Virus record (IMG/VR): IMGVR_UViG_3300042922_000265
Span: 1-64,000 of that record
Direction: 5' to 3' (one strand)
Source: a virus
DNA: 64,000 bases
This document shows positions 56,161 through 64,000 of this stretch, piece after piece. The position numbers and the translations under genes were made by a program. The notes under the pieces were generated by a model that ran no database searches, had not been told where the DNA came from, and saw only the letters and a program-made list of their open reading frames with translations. Within the stretch, counting starts at the first letter, position 1. Each line of letters begins with the position of its first letter.

Positions 56161-57507
56161 CTATGTCCTCACGAAGTTTGCTGGGTCCCGAACCTCACGG
56201 TTGGCGCTACGTGGGTGTCGTGCCGTCCAGCTGCTGGTCACCGTAGAATCTCGCGCAGGCGCGGAGTACGCGATGGCCAGATCTGCGGTGAACGTGCGCT
56301 TGCTGACAGATGCCTTCTCCACTGGGAGACGGTACCGCTGGTCGTCGGCGTAACCGCCGATGGCCAGGACCTCGGCCTTGCGCTCGTCGATGTATTCCTG
56401 CTGCGAGGTGTAGGGGAACTGGTAGGCAGTCCGGTCGGGGTTGACCGCTGGTGCCTCGGTCGGGGTCAGACCGAACTTACCGCCTGGGTAGTTGTCCGGG
56501 CTGTCGGCCTTCTCGTATTCCATCCACGCGGTGAACTGGCCGGTGGACTCGAACATCTCGAACGGCGGCTCGTTGCGGAACTGGCCGTCAGGCAGCCGGT
56601 AGCTGTACCCCACCGCATCGATCGGGCTGCGCTTGCCGCCGCCGACCAGGTAGTAGTAGCTGTACTCGCTGGTGATGTTGAACCGGGCGTAGGGGGCCAG
56701 CTCGGGGCTCTTGGACCACATCCACCGCTCGGACAGCTCCAGGTCGGCGGCCAGCAGCTCTGGTGCCGGGTAGTCCTCCAGCACGGGAGTGCCGGTGACG
56801 ACCTTCTGGACCTCGTAGTAGACGCTGTCGGCGACGATGCCGCGCACGGGCACCGGAGCCGAGACGCTCAAGCCGTTCTCGTCGATCGTGGCGATGGTGT
56901 CCTGCGGGGTGATCTTGTCGAGCATGTCGCGCAGCAGTCGGCGTTCCTTGGGGTCCAGCGCGGCCTTGTGGGGCCGGATGGTGACCTCATTACGAGCACT
57001 GAACGGCGCTCGGCCCACGTTGGCACCGAGACCGAAGTTGTCGATGTAGCGCCAGTTCTCCATGATCTCGCAGTCCACCGAGCAGGCGGCGTGCACGGCC
57101 CTGCGGATGCCCTCCGGGGTGCCTCCGGCGGTGCAGGCCGCGAAGTACTCGGTGATGCGCGCGCGGTACCAGGCGTCGGAGACCTCCACGACGTTCCACT
57201 GCTCGCTGGTGAGCATGTCGGTCATGGTGTTGTAGGGGTAGCTCTCCGAGGGCGCGCGGGACAGGAACTTCATGTTGCCGAAGATGTAGTCCAGATCCGA
57301 GCCGTAGATGCCCGAGATCGCGCCGGAGAGGCGCTGCAGGAAGATCTCCTTCTTCAGCGTCCCCGCCCCGGCGTCACCGCACATGGCGTCCATGAACTTG
57401 TACAGGACCGTGGTCGGGTCGGCGACATAGACGTTCTGGTCAAAGTGGGCCAGCCGAAGCTCGGTGGACTTCGGCGGCAGCAGCGGAAACGGTGCGTTAT
57501 TGGGCAT
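56161..57507 (-). CDS. Baseplate wedge protein
   Basis: YRARI...GGTPEGI motif; follows baseplate J. Confidence 0.7.
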   Translation of the reverse strand: MPNNAPFPLLPPKSTELRLAHFDQNVYVADPTTVLYKFMDAMCGDAGAGTLKKEIFLQRLSGAISGIYGSDLDYIFGNMKFLSRAPSESYPYNTMTDMLTSEQWNVVEVSDAWYRARITEYFAACTAGGTPEGIRRAVHAACSVDCEIMENWRYIDNFGLGANVGRAPFSARNEVTIRPHKAALDPKERRLLRDMLDKITPQDTIATIDENGLSVSAPVPVRGIVADSVYYEVQKVVTGTPVLEDYPAPELLAADLELSERWMWSKSPELAPYARFNITSEYSYYYLVGGGKRSPIDAVGYSYRLPDGQFRNEPPFEMFESTGQFTAWMEYEKADSPDNYPGGKFGLTPTEAPAVNPDRTAYQFPYTSQQEYIDERKAEVLAIGGYADDQRYRLPVEKASVSKRTFTADLAIAYSAPARDSTVTSSWTARHPRSANREVRDPANFVRT

Positions 57508-57510
57508 GGG

Positions 57511-59253
57511 TCACCTGTTGGCCTTGCGCAGGACGACCGCCTCGACGAAGACCGGCAGGGTGTTGTCCGAGAGCTTGAAGTCACCGGTCTGGATGCTCTG
57601 CGGGACGGTATCCGAGCTGGCCGCGTACACCTTGACGCCATAGTTGGTGCCGTGCTCGGTGCTGGTGGTGATGTTGACGTTGTCCACGCCCAGGACCTGG
57701 TGCACGGCCAGATTGATGTCGCTCATCTCAATCCAGGACCCGAACGGCAGGCCCGCGAAGTACTGGCGCAGCCGATCCTGAATGGCGTTGGTGATCTGGC
57801 CGACGACCATGCCTCGATCGAACTCGATGGACAGGTAGATCTTGAGGTAGGCGTATCCGGCCTGGTGGACCATGACGTCGGTGGTGATCTGCTTGTTCTG
57901 CTTGACCACGGCACCCAGAACCTCTGGCACCCGGTTGTAGACGTAGGACAGGGTCAGCGGGGTGCCAGAGGACGGCCCTGCGGGCAGCCATTCGATACCG
58001 GCGACCTCGCGGGTGGACCCGGCATCCAAGGTGGTACCGCGCAGCAGGTGGTAATGCACACCCTGCTGGTAATTCGTCACGCCGACAACGATGGACGACG
58101 GGAAGGTCAGGATTGGTACCGACCCCAGGCGCATGAACCGGTTGGACGACGATGGGCTACCGGCGGTGCCCACTCGGGCGAAGTTGCCGGTCCACAGCTC
58201 GTCGGCGCTGTTGCTGGAGAGCAGCTGGGCGCTCACCACGGTGCGCTCGGTGATCGTATAGGGGTCCTGGCCGTTGACGAACAGATCGACCTTGTTGGTG
58301 ATACCCGCCTGCGGGTTGTTGCGGCTGGAGCGGGTGGTGTACTCGAACTCCACATCCACGATGTCGCCGACGACCATCGCGCCGGAGGAAATACGTTCGA
58401 TCTGCGGGGATGCGCCTGAAACGAAGACATAGTCGTCATAGGGGCGGTAAAATACTTCGCCCTCTTGGCCCAGGTTCTTGAATACGGTCTCGCCCTTGGG
58501 CCAGGCGTACTTGACGTCGGCGGTGACCGGCAGGTTGAGCACGGTATCCGGGACGGCGATCTGGGTGACGTACTTCTTGATCGGGCCAAAGCAGCTGGCC
58601 TTGGATACGAACTGATTCTGGTATGCCAGTCCCAGGTACCAATCCTCGGTGCCTGCGATGTTACGCATGAAGGTGTCCTTGAACCGCTGACGCAGCTCGG
58701 CGTCGGTCTCGACGTCCACGCCGCCGGTCAGTGCGTTCAGGTTGGTAACCGAGGTGGCCCCGATGATGGAGCCCAGGAACACGATGGAGTCAGGCGGGAC
58801 GTTACCGGCAGTGCCCACGACAGTGCACTGGATCGGCACGTCAGCGACATAGCTACCGGTGGGGATGACCACAGCCTGGGTAGAGCTGAAATAGAGCTGG
58901 GAGGCACTGCCGGGAAGACCCTGTCGGGTGTAAAACTGAGTGCCCTGCGGGATGGGGATGTCCTGGGCGTTGGCGGTAGCCAGCTCCACTCGGACAACTC
59001 CCGAGGACTGGCGTCCCTGCAGACGGGCAAAGCCAAAGATACCGACCCATTGCTCCAGTTCCAGACCGGCCTTGGACTCGATGTCGAGCAGAGACCCCAC
59101 CAGGTACTGATCGACGTAGGCGTCAGCGATCGACTCGGCGACGGCGTCAAGCATCTTGCGTTCGGGGGTGCCCAATTCCAGGCTGAAGCCTGGCGCGGTG
59201 ACACGGAGCTTCGCCAACATCTCCTTGGCGATCTCATCGGGGGTCTTGGCCAA
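57511..59253 (-). CDS. Baseplate J-like protein
   Basis: IPQGT, GTAGNV and GGVDVETDAELRQR. Confidence 0.9.
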   Translation of the reverse strand: MAKTPDEIAKEMLAKLRVTAPGFSLELGTPERKMLDAVAESIADAYVDQYLVGSLLDIESKAGLELEQWVGIFGFARLQGRQSSGVVRVELATANAQDIPIPQGTQFYTRQGLPGSASQLYFSSTQAVVIPTGSYVADVPIQCTVVGTAGNVPPDSIVFLGSIIGATSVTNLNALTGGVDVETDAELRQRFKDTFMRNIAGTEDWYLGLAYQNQFVSKASCFGPIKKYVTQIAVPDTVLNLPVTADVKYAWPKGETVFKNLGQEGEVFYRPYDDYVFVSGASPQIERISSGAMVVGDIVDVEFEYTTRSSRNNPQAGITNKVDLFVNGQDPYTITERTVVSAQLLSSNSADELWTGNFARVGTAGSPSSSNRFMRLGSVPILTFPSSIVVGVTNYQQGVHYHLLRGTTLDAGSTREVAGIEWLPAGPSSGTPLTLSYVYNRVPEVLGAVVKQNKQITTDVMVHQAGYAYLKIYLSIEFDRGMVVGQITNAIQDRLRQYFAGLPFGSWIEMSDINLAVHQVLGVDNVNITTSTEHGTNYGVKVYAASSDTVPQSIQTGDFKLSDNTLPVFVEAVVLRKANR

Positions 59254-59268
59254 CTGACGGCCCTCCTG

Positions 59269-59688
59269 CTACTGGATCGAAGACGCCACGTTGATCGTGG
59301 CGGTGTTGCCCGACCCATTACGCAGCTTGATGGTCACATTCACCGTGTCGAAGTCGACTCGGGTCTGAATATCGTCGATGGCCACCAGCAACTCACTGGT
59401 GCTGTAGTCCTGCGGGTTCTCCTTGATCCCCCGCAGCTGAACAGCCTGGTAATTTCGCAACACCCGAAGGACCTCGGATTGGACCTCGGCGCGAGTGGAA
59501 TCACTGACCACGCCGCCGATGAACTCCTGAAGGATACTGCCCATGGTGACGTGGAACCGGTCCCAGCCGTAACGCTCCATGATCCACAGGTAGATGTCCT
59601 GGTTGAGCTTGTCGACGCCATGCACAAGGTCAAGCCGGTTGCCCTGTTGCACCAGATCGCCGTCGGCAATTGCCAAACTGAAGCTCAT
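59269..59688 (-). CDS. Baseplate wedge subunit (gp25-like)
   Basis: DGDLV...DRFH...GS.L; precedes baseplate J. Confidence 0.75.
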   Translation of the reverse strand: MSFSLAIADGDLVQQGNRLDLVHGVDKLNQDIYLWIMERYGWDRFHVTMGSILQEFIGGVVSDSTRAEVQSEVLRVLRNYQAVQLRGIKENPQDYSTSELLVAIDDIQTRVDFDTVNVTIKLRNGSGNTATINVASSIQ

Positions 59689-59722
59689 CAGTCCTCCTCA
59701 TTCATTCCGGTCGCTCGTGGCC

Positions 59723-60529
59723 TCAGACCCACTCCACGCGGGTCAGGGGGTCACCACCACTGGTGCCTGATCCCGGCGTGGCACCACCACCGCCGCCGCC
59801 GTTACCACTGCGGCTGTTCCTGACGCCTGCCGTGCCTGGCGCGCCCCGGAAGTTCAGGCCGCCGGGGGTACCGCCAGTCGCCGTACCAGATGCGCCACCA
59901 CCGCCGCTGCCGTTGTCTCGCGACCCACCGCCACCACCGCCGCCGGAGCCCGCGCCGTTGGAGCGCGATTGACCTGAGACACCGGAACTGACGCCAGAAC
60001 CGCCACCGCCGCCATTGCCGCCGGAATCCACAGATACACCCGTGACACCTTGGACCAGAGTCGCCCCACCAGCACCGCCGCCGAAACCGGGGCGACCCCA
60101 ATTGGCTCGCAGGATCACTCCCCCGGAGACGAACTGACAGGGGCGCGCGACCCAGGTGAACCCACTCTGATACCAGGTATTGCCCATAGTCAGCGTGAAG
60201 GTCTCACCGAGCAAATCCGCCGGGACGAAGAATCGGTTGATGCGTGCTCCACCGCCACCGCCGTCGCCACCCGTGGCGATCTTGTTGGAGCCACTTCCCG
60301 TACTGCCGCCGCTACCGTTCCCGCCGCCGCCGAGCAAGGTCACCCAGCACCCCTCGGTCCAGGCCGGTACCGGTTCGTCGGTGTAGTTGATGTTCTGGAT
60401 GGTGAACGGAACGAAGGTTGGCCAGATACGTGCGCCCTGCAGATAGGCGGCCTCGACCGGGACGTCCCCGATGAACGCACCATCCATGCCTCGGTAGAAC
60501 TCGCCGAGGTCTCCGACTCCCATCCCCAT
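59723..60529 (-). CDS. Glycine-rich minor tail protein
   Basis: Gly runs; VTLLGGGG...RVEW ending. Confidence 0.75.
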   Translation of the reverse strand: MGMGVGDLGEFYRGMDGAFIGDVPVEAAYLQGARIWPTFVPFTIQNINYTDEPVPAWTEGCWVTLLGGGGNGSGGSTGSGSNKIATGGDGGGGGARINRFFVPADLLGETFTLTMGNTWYQSGFTWVARPCQFVSGGVILRANWGRPGFGGGAGGATLVQGVTGVSVDSGGNGGGGGSGVSSGVSGQSRSNGAGSGGGGGGGSRDNGSGGGGASGTATGGTPGGLNFRGAPGTAGVRNSRSGNGGGGGGATPGSGTSGGDPLTRVEWV

Positions 60530-61623
60530 TACATGACCACCAGGTAGAGGGTGTTGGGGTCCTTCACTCCGATCGCGTCATACTGGGCCTGAGTGCCACG
60601 CCAGATGGCCAGGTTGTCCGGGGTGCCGTTGTTGGTCGCCACGACGCGCCCGGTCGCCAGATCGCTCGGGGGGATGCCGGTCGGAGGCTTGTTGTAGGCA
60701 CCGATGACTGTCCGCGCGTACGCCTCATTGGGGGCGGTGAGCAGCTCACGTCCGATCACTGTGGAGTCGGTGATGTCGGCGCTGGTGGTCGCTGCACCGA
60801 TAGCCTCACGCGCGGCAGCCTGGGTAGGTGCGGTCAACACGGCGCGACCGATTGCCGTGGAGTCCAGGATGTCCTCGGAATTGGTGCTGACTCCGGTGCC
60901 GATGTTCAGCGCAGCACGCGCGGCGGCGGCGTCAGCCGCCGTCAACAGCTCGCGGCCCACGGTGGTGGAGTCCAGGATGTCCTCGGACTCGATCTCGGTC
61001 AGGCCCGCATCAGCGGCTGCCAAAGACGCCTGGACGTCGGCGGACAGATCGGTACGGGGAATGCCGCTGCCGGGTTTGGTGTAACTACCTGCGTTGATGA
61101 GCGCCCGGATGGCCGCCGCATCAGCGGCGGTGAGCACCGCGCGCCCTATTCCGGTGGAATCCTGGATGTCGGTACTCAGCACGTAGGAGCCCGAGGACGG
61201 GATGACCGGAATCCAGGTGCCGTCGTCCTGCTGCTTCTCCAGTTTGCCATCAGTGCTGCGATAATGGGTCCCGCCCAATACGAGATCCGCATTGACGTTG
61301 ACCTGGCTGCCGTGCAGCTCCAGCGGACCCTTCTTGCCCCCGACGCTGACCTGGCCCTCCACGGCCTCGGTCAGCAAGGTCTCGTCATTGAAGGGGATGC
61401 GTCCGTACAGTCGCCAGACCCCATCGAACCGTTCGACATACCACTGCTCGCCGATCGCCGGGGTGATGGTGATCTCGCCGACCGAGAAGCTGCAGTCGAC
61501 GGTGATCAGGGTCCCAATGCGGGTGATGACGGCAGCAGAGCGCGTCGCGGGGTCCACCGAGTGAATCGCCACCGGTTGAATATCGCGATCGGCGTTGCTG
61601 TGCCGCGTGTAGCCGTCAGCCAC
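60529..61623 (-). CDS. Baseplate spike/minor tail protein with DIxDSTxxGRxxLTA repeats
   Basis: Four repeats; WRGTQAQYDAI..KDPNTLY terminus. Confidence 0.7.
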   Translation of the reverse strand: MADGYTRHSNADRDIQPVAIHSVDPATRSAAVITRIGTLITVDCSFSVGEITITPAIGEQWYVERFDGVWRLYGRIPFNDETLLTEAVEGQVSVGGKKGPLELHGSQVNVNADLVLGGTHYRSTDGKLEKQQDDGTWIPVIPSSGSYVLSTDIQDSTGIGRAVLTAADAAAIRALINAGSYTKPGSGIPRTDLSADVQASLAAADAGLTEIESEDILDSTTVGRELLTAADAAAARAALNIGTGVSTNSEDILDSTAIGRAVLTAPTQAAAREAIGAATTSADITDSTVIGRELLTAPNEAYARTVIGAYNKPPTGIPPSDLATGRVVATNNGTPDNLAIWRGTQAQYDAIGVKDPNTLYLVVM

Positions 61624-64000
61624 CGGGGTGCATCCATTCGTAGTTCGATGGCATCGGCGTGCCGTCGACATCGCGCTGATCCCAGTGGGTGCCGAAGACC
61701 AGTCCCTCGTCGATCCGCTGCGCGATGCGCCGGATGTTCGGGTTCGATGGTGCCATGATCGTGGCCGTGGTGGTGAACCCATTCTCAAAATCACCCGAAT
61801 GGGTCACGCCCGCGACATAGACCTGCAGGTTGTGACCCACAAGGTTGATACGCATGCCGGGATACATGTCGGGCATGAAGGTGAAGTCGACCTGGGTGGA
61901 GTACTGCTCGGCCCACTTGGTCATGAAGATCTGGAGTGCCATCAGGAACTCCATCTCACCGTTCATGATCGTCGACATGCTCTGCACCAGCGGACGGACA
62001 CCGAACCGTCGCATGATGTCCTTGCCGTTCTTCAGCTCGGACCCGTCCGGTGTCGGCGCGGCGGCGGTCATCCGGCGGAACATCCATTCGTTCTCGACGG
62101 TTGCTACGCCCTTGGTGGCCAGCCAGCCCTGAATGCCTTGGGGCGCGCCACGAGGGCTCGCCGAACCGGCAACGTAGACGTGCGTGGCCAGCGCATCGTC
62201 GTTCCAGTTGATGGTGATGTTCTTGATCTCGATGTCCTCGATGTCCATGACGGCATCCTTGCCGTCCAGACCGAAGTAATCGGGGAAGTAGGCCGCGAAA
62301 CTGCCGTCAGGCATGGACTGGAAGTTACGCAGACCCGCCTTGCAGACCGAGGCCACGGACTGGATGATCGGTTCGTCATTGATGAACGCCTTCTCCTCCT
62401 GCTCCTTGCCTGATCCGTAGTACGAGGAGATCGCGCTCATGAATTTGCCAGGCTCGAACATGTAGGAGAACAGGTTACGAGCAATCGGCTCGGAGGACCC
62501 CGTCTGGTACGTGCCACCATTGGTGCCCTGAGCTGCGGTTCCGGGAGCTACGCCCGTGCTGGGATTGCCTGCCACCTGCGCGGCACGGATCGGATCAAAA
62601 GCGATCGGAGATGGCCCCGAATAGGTTGCTGGCGGGTAGGTGACAACCAGTTCAGGCTCAAAGTACAGCGGGGCGACCTTGACGACGTCACCACTCTGTG
62701 GAGCATGCAGGATGCTGTTTGCGCCCAGGTAGATGACCACGTGGCCCAGTCCCGGCGGGAAGAGCAGATCCCCCGGCTTAGCCTGTGCCATGGTGATCCG
62801 CTGGCCGTTGCTGGCCTGGGTGTAGGTGTCGCGACCGATCTTGATGCCGATGTAGGCGTAGCACGCCTGGGTCAACCCCGAGCAGTCGTAGGCCACCGGT
62901 CCGGTAGCGCCCCACTGGTACGGACGGCCCAGCTGAGCCATGGCGAAGTTGATGACCTCGCCCAGGTCGTACTGGGGACGGTTGATGGCCTGATTGACGC
63001 CCTGGGTGCTGACCTGACCGTTGACAGTCGGAATGCCAGGAAGGCCACCGGTGCTGCCGGGGATACCGGCGGTGATCGCAGGCGGCGCAGTGCCACCACC
63101 GGGGATGCCGGTCACACCCTGGCTCATGCCGCCGGTGCCGGTAGCCGTGCCGGTACCCAGCCGGATCGCACGCACCTCCTCGATCGACGTTGCCTCGTGG
63201 GTGGCGTAGTTGCTGCCGTCAGAGAACGCCGAACGCTGCACGGCCTGGCAGGCCGCTGCGCGCGGCATGTTGCGCCAGTCGTGGTCCTTGAGCGCGTTGA
63301 GGAACATGCCGGTGGACTCGCGGACGTTCATCCGCTGATCCACATTGCCCCACCCTGGCTGCTGCTGGTAGAGGCCCACCGAGAGGTGATCGGAGCCCAG
63401 TGCCTCGTGCGGGAACTTCAGCGATTCCGGCACGGCGGTGTTGGCGTACATGATCCAGTTGGACTCGGCCATGATGGTCATGAAGCAGTGCACGGCGGCG
63501 TCGCTCTTCATGGCCGCGTCGGTGTAGTTGGCGTACAGGCGCTGCTGATCCTTCCACGCCTGCTGGTCCTTCCAGTCCGTACCGCCGGAGGCGGCAGTGG
63601 CCGCACCCTGGCCGAGGCCCAGGGACCGGGTGTCCACACCCATACCCATCTCGTCGACCGCGCGAATGACCTCCAGCTTCCTGGACACCGCGTCCAGGTG
63701 GTAGCCACCCTTGGTGACACCCAGCTGGCGTCCCGCCTGCGCACCGACACCACCGGAGGTGTCACTGCCCAGCAGCATCCGGCGGAAGTCCTCGACCTGC
63801 TTCTGGCTGCCCTTGAGCCTGTTGAGCTGGTCGCGCATGTAGTTCATGTAGCCCATGGGGAAGCGCTGGATATGCACCTGAGAGCTGTCCCAGTTTCCGG
63901 CCTCGGTGAGCAGACGGCGCAACGTGGAACCCAGACCGGCGTCCAGCTGGCCGCCCTCAAACCCGTCGCGCTCGTTGTTCTTCATCTGGTCGAAGATCTC
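61616..64000 (-). CDS. Baseplate hub/tail-associated lysin (lysozyme-like plus NlpC/P60); 5' end outside the window
   Basis: AES...SVGLYQQ...QAVQRSAF and PYQWGA.GP..YDCSGL...HV. Confidence 0.85.
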   Translation of the reverse strand, partial: EIFDQMKNNERDGFEGGQLDAGLGSTLRRLLTEAGNWDSSQVHIQRFPMGYMNYMRDQLNRLKGSQKQVEDFRRMLLGSDTSGGVGAQAGRQLGVTKGGYHLDAVSRKLEVIRAVDEMGMGVDTRSLGLGQGAATAASGGTDWKDQQAWKDQQRLYANYTDAAMKSDAAVHCFMTIMAESNWIMYANTAVPESLKFPHEALGSDHLSVGLYQQQPGWGNVDQRMNVRESTGMFLNALKDHDWRNMPRAAACQAVQRSAFSDGSNYATHEATSIEEVRAIRLGTGTATGTGGMSQGVTGIPGGGTAPPAITAGIPGSTGGLPGIPTVNGQVSTQGVNQAINRPQYDLGEVINFAMAQLGRPYQWGATGPVAYDCSGLTQACYAYIGIKIGRDTYTQASNGQRITMAQAKPGDLLFPPGLGHVVIYLGANSILHAPQSGDVVKVAPLYFEPELVVTYPPATYSGPSPIAFDPIRAAQVAGNPSTGVAPGTAAQGTNGGTYQTGSSEPIARNLFSYMFEPGKFMSAISSYYGSGKEQEEKAFINDEPIIQSVASVCKAGLRNFQSMPDGSFAAYFPDYFGLDGKDAVMDIEDIEIKNITINWNDDALATHVYVAGSASPRGAPQGIQGWLATKGVATVENEWMFRRMTAAAPTPDGSELKNGKDIMRRFGVRPLVQSMSTIMNGEMEFLMALQIFMTKWAEQYSTQVDFTFMPDMYPGMRINLVGHNLQVYVAGVTHSGDFENGFTTTATIMAPSNPNIRRIAQRIDEGLVFGTHWDQRDVDGTPMPSNYEWMHPGG

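Overview
High-GC 64 kb segment of a large actinobacteriophage with a contractile tail, resembling mycobacteriophage cluster C and its relatives in gene content. Almost all genes are on the minus strand. From left to right it holds: a glycosyltransferase/methyltransferase block; a Ro60 (TROVE) gene with two adjacent Y RNAs; accessory and membrane genes; a replication/recombination block (resolvases, Cas4-like nuclease, RecA, DnaE, SSB, DnaJ-domain protein, primase, DnaB, DnaC-like loader); a SNF2-like helicase and a glycoside hydrolase on the plus strand; a dense RNA island (about 43.5-49.2 kb) with a tmRNA and 28 tRNAs, plus 2 more tRNAs at 16 kb; and baseplate/tail genes. The most striking feature is a family of six Y-RNA-like elements sharing a covarying Ro60-binding stem (GGGYCGM...UCGGUU / AURNCC). 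Each carries a different cargo: no tRNA module, canonical YrlA permutation, a tRNA permuted at a different point, or an unpermuted tRNA-like body. Four of the six lie inside the tRNA array, about 38-41 kb from Ro60. There are also two permuted tRNA mimics without the Ro stem, several unassigned structured RNAs, and two leaderless MFTTA peptides at the heads of the tRNA operons, one of which looks like a Gln-sensing attenuator. All structures were folded by eye and no searches were run.
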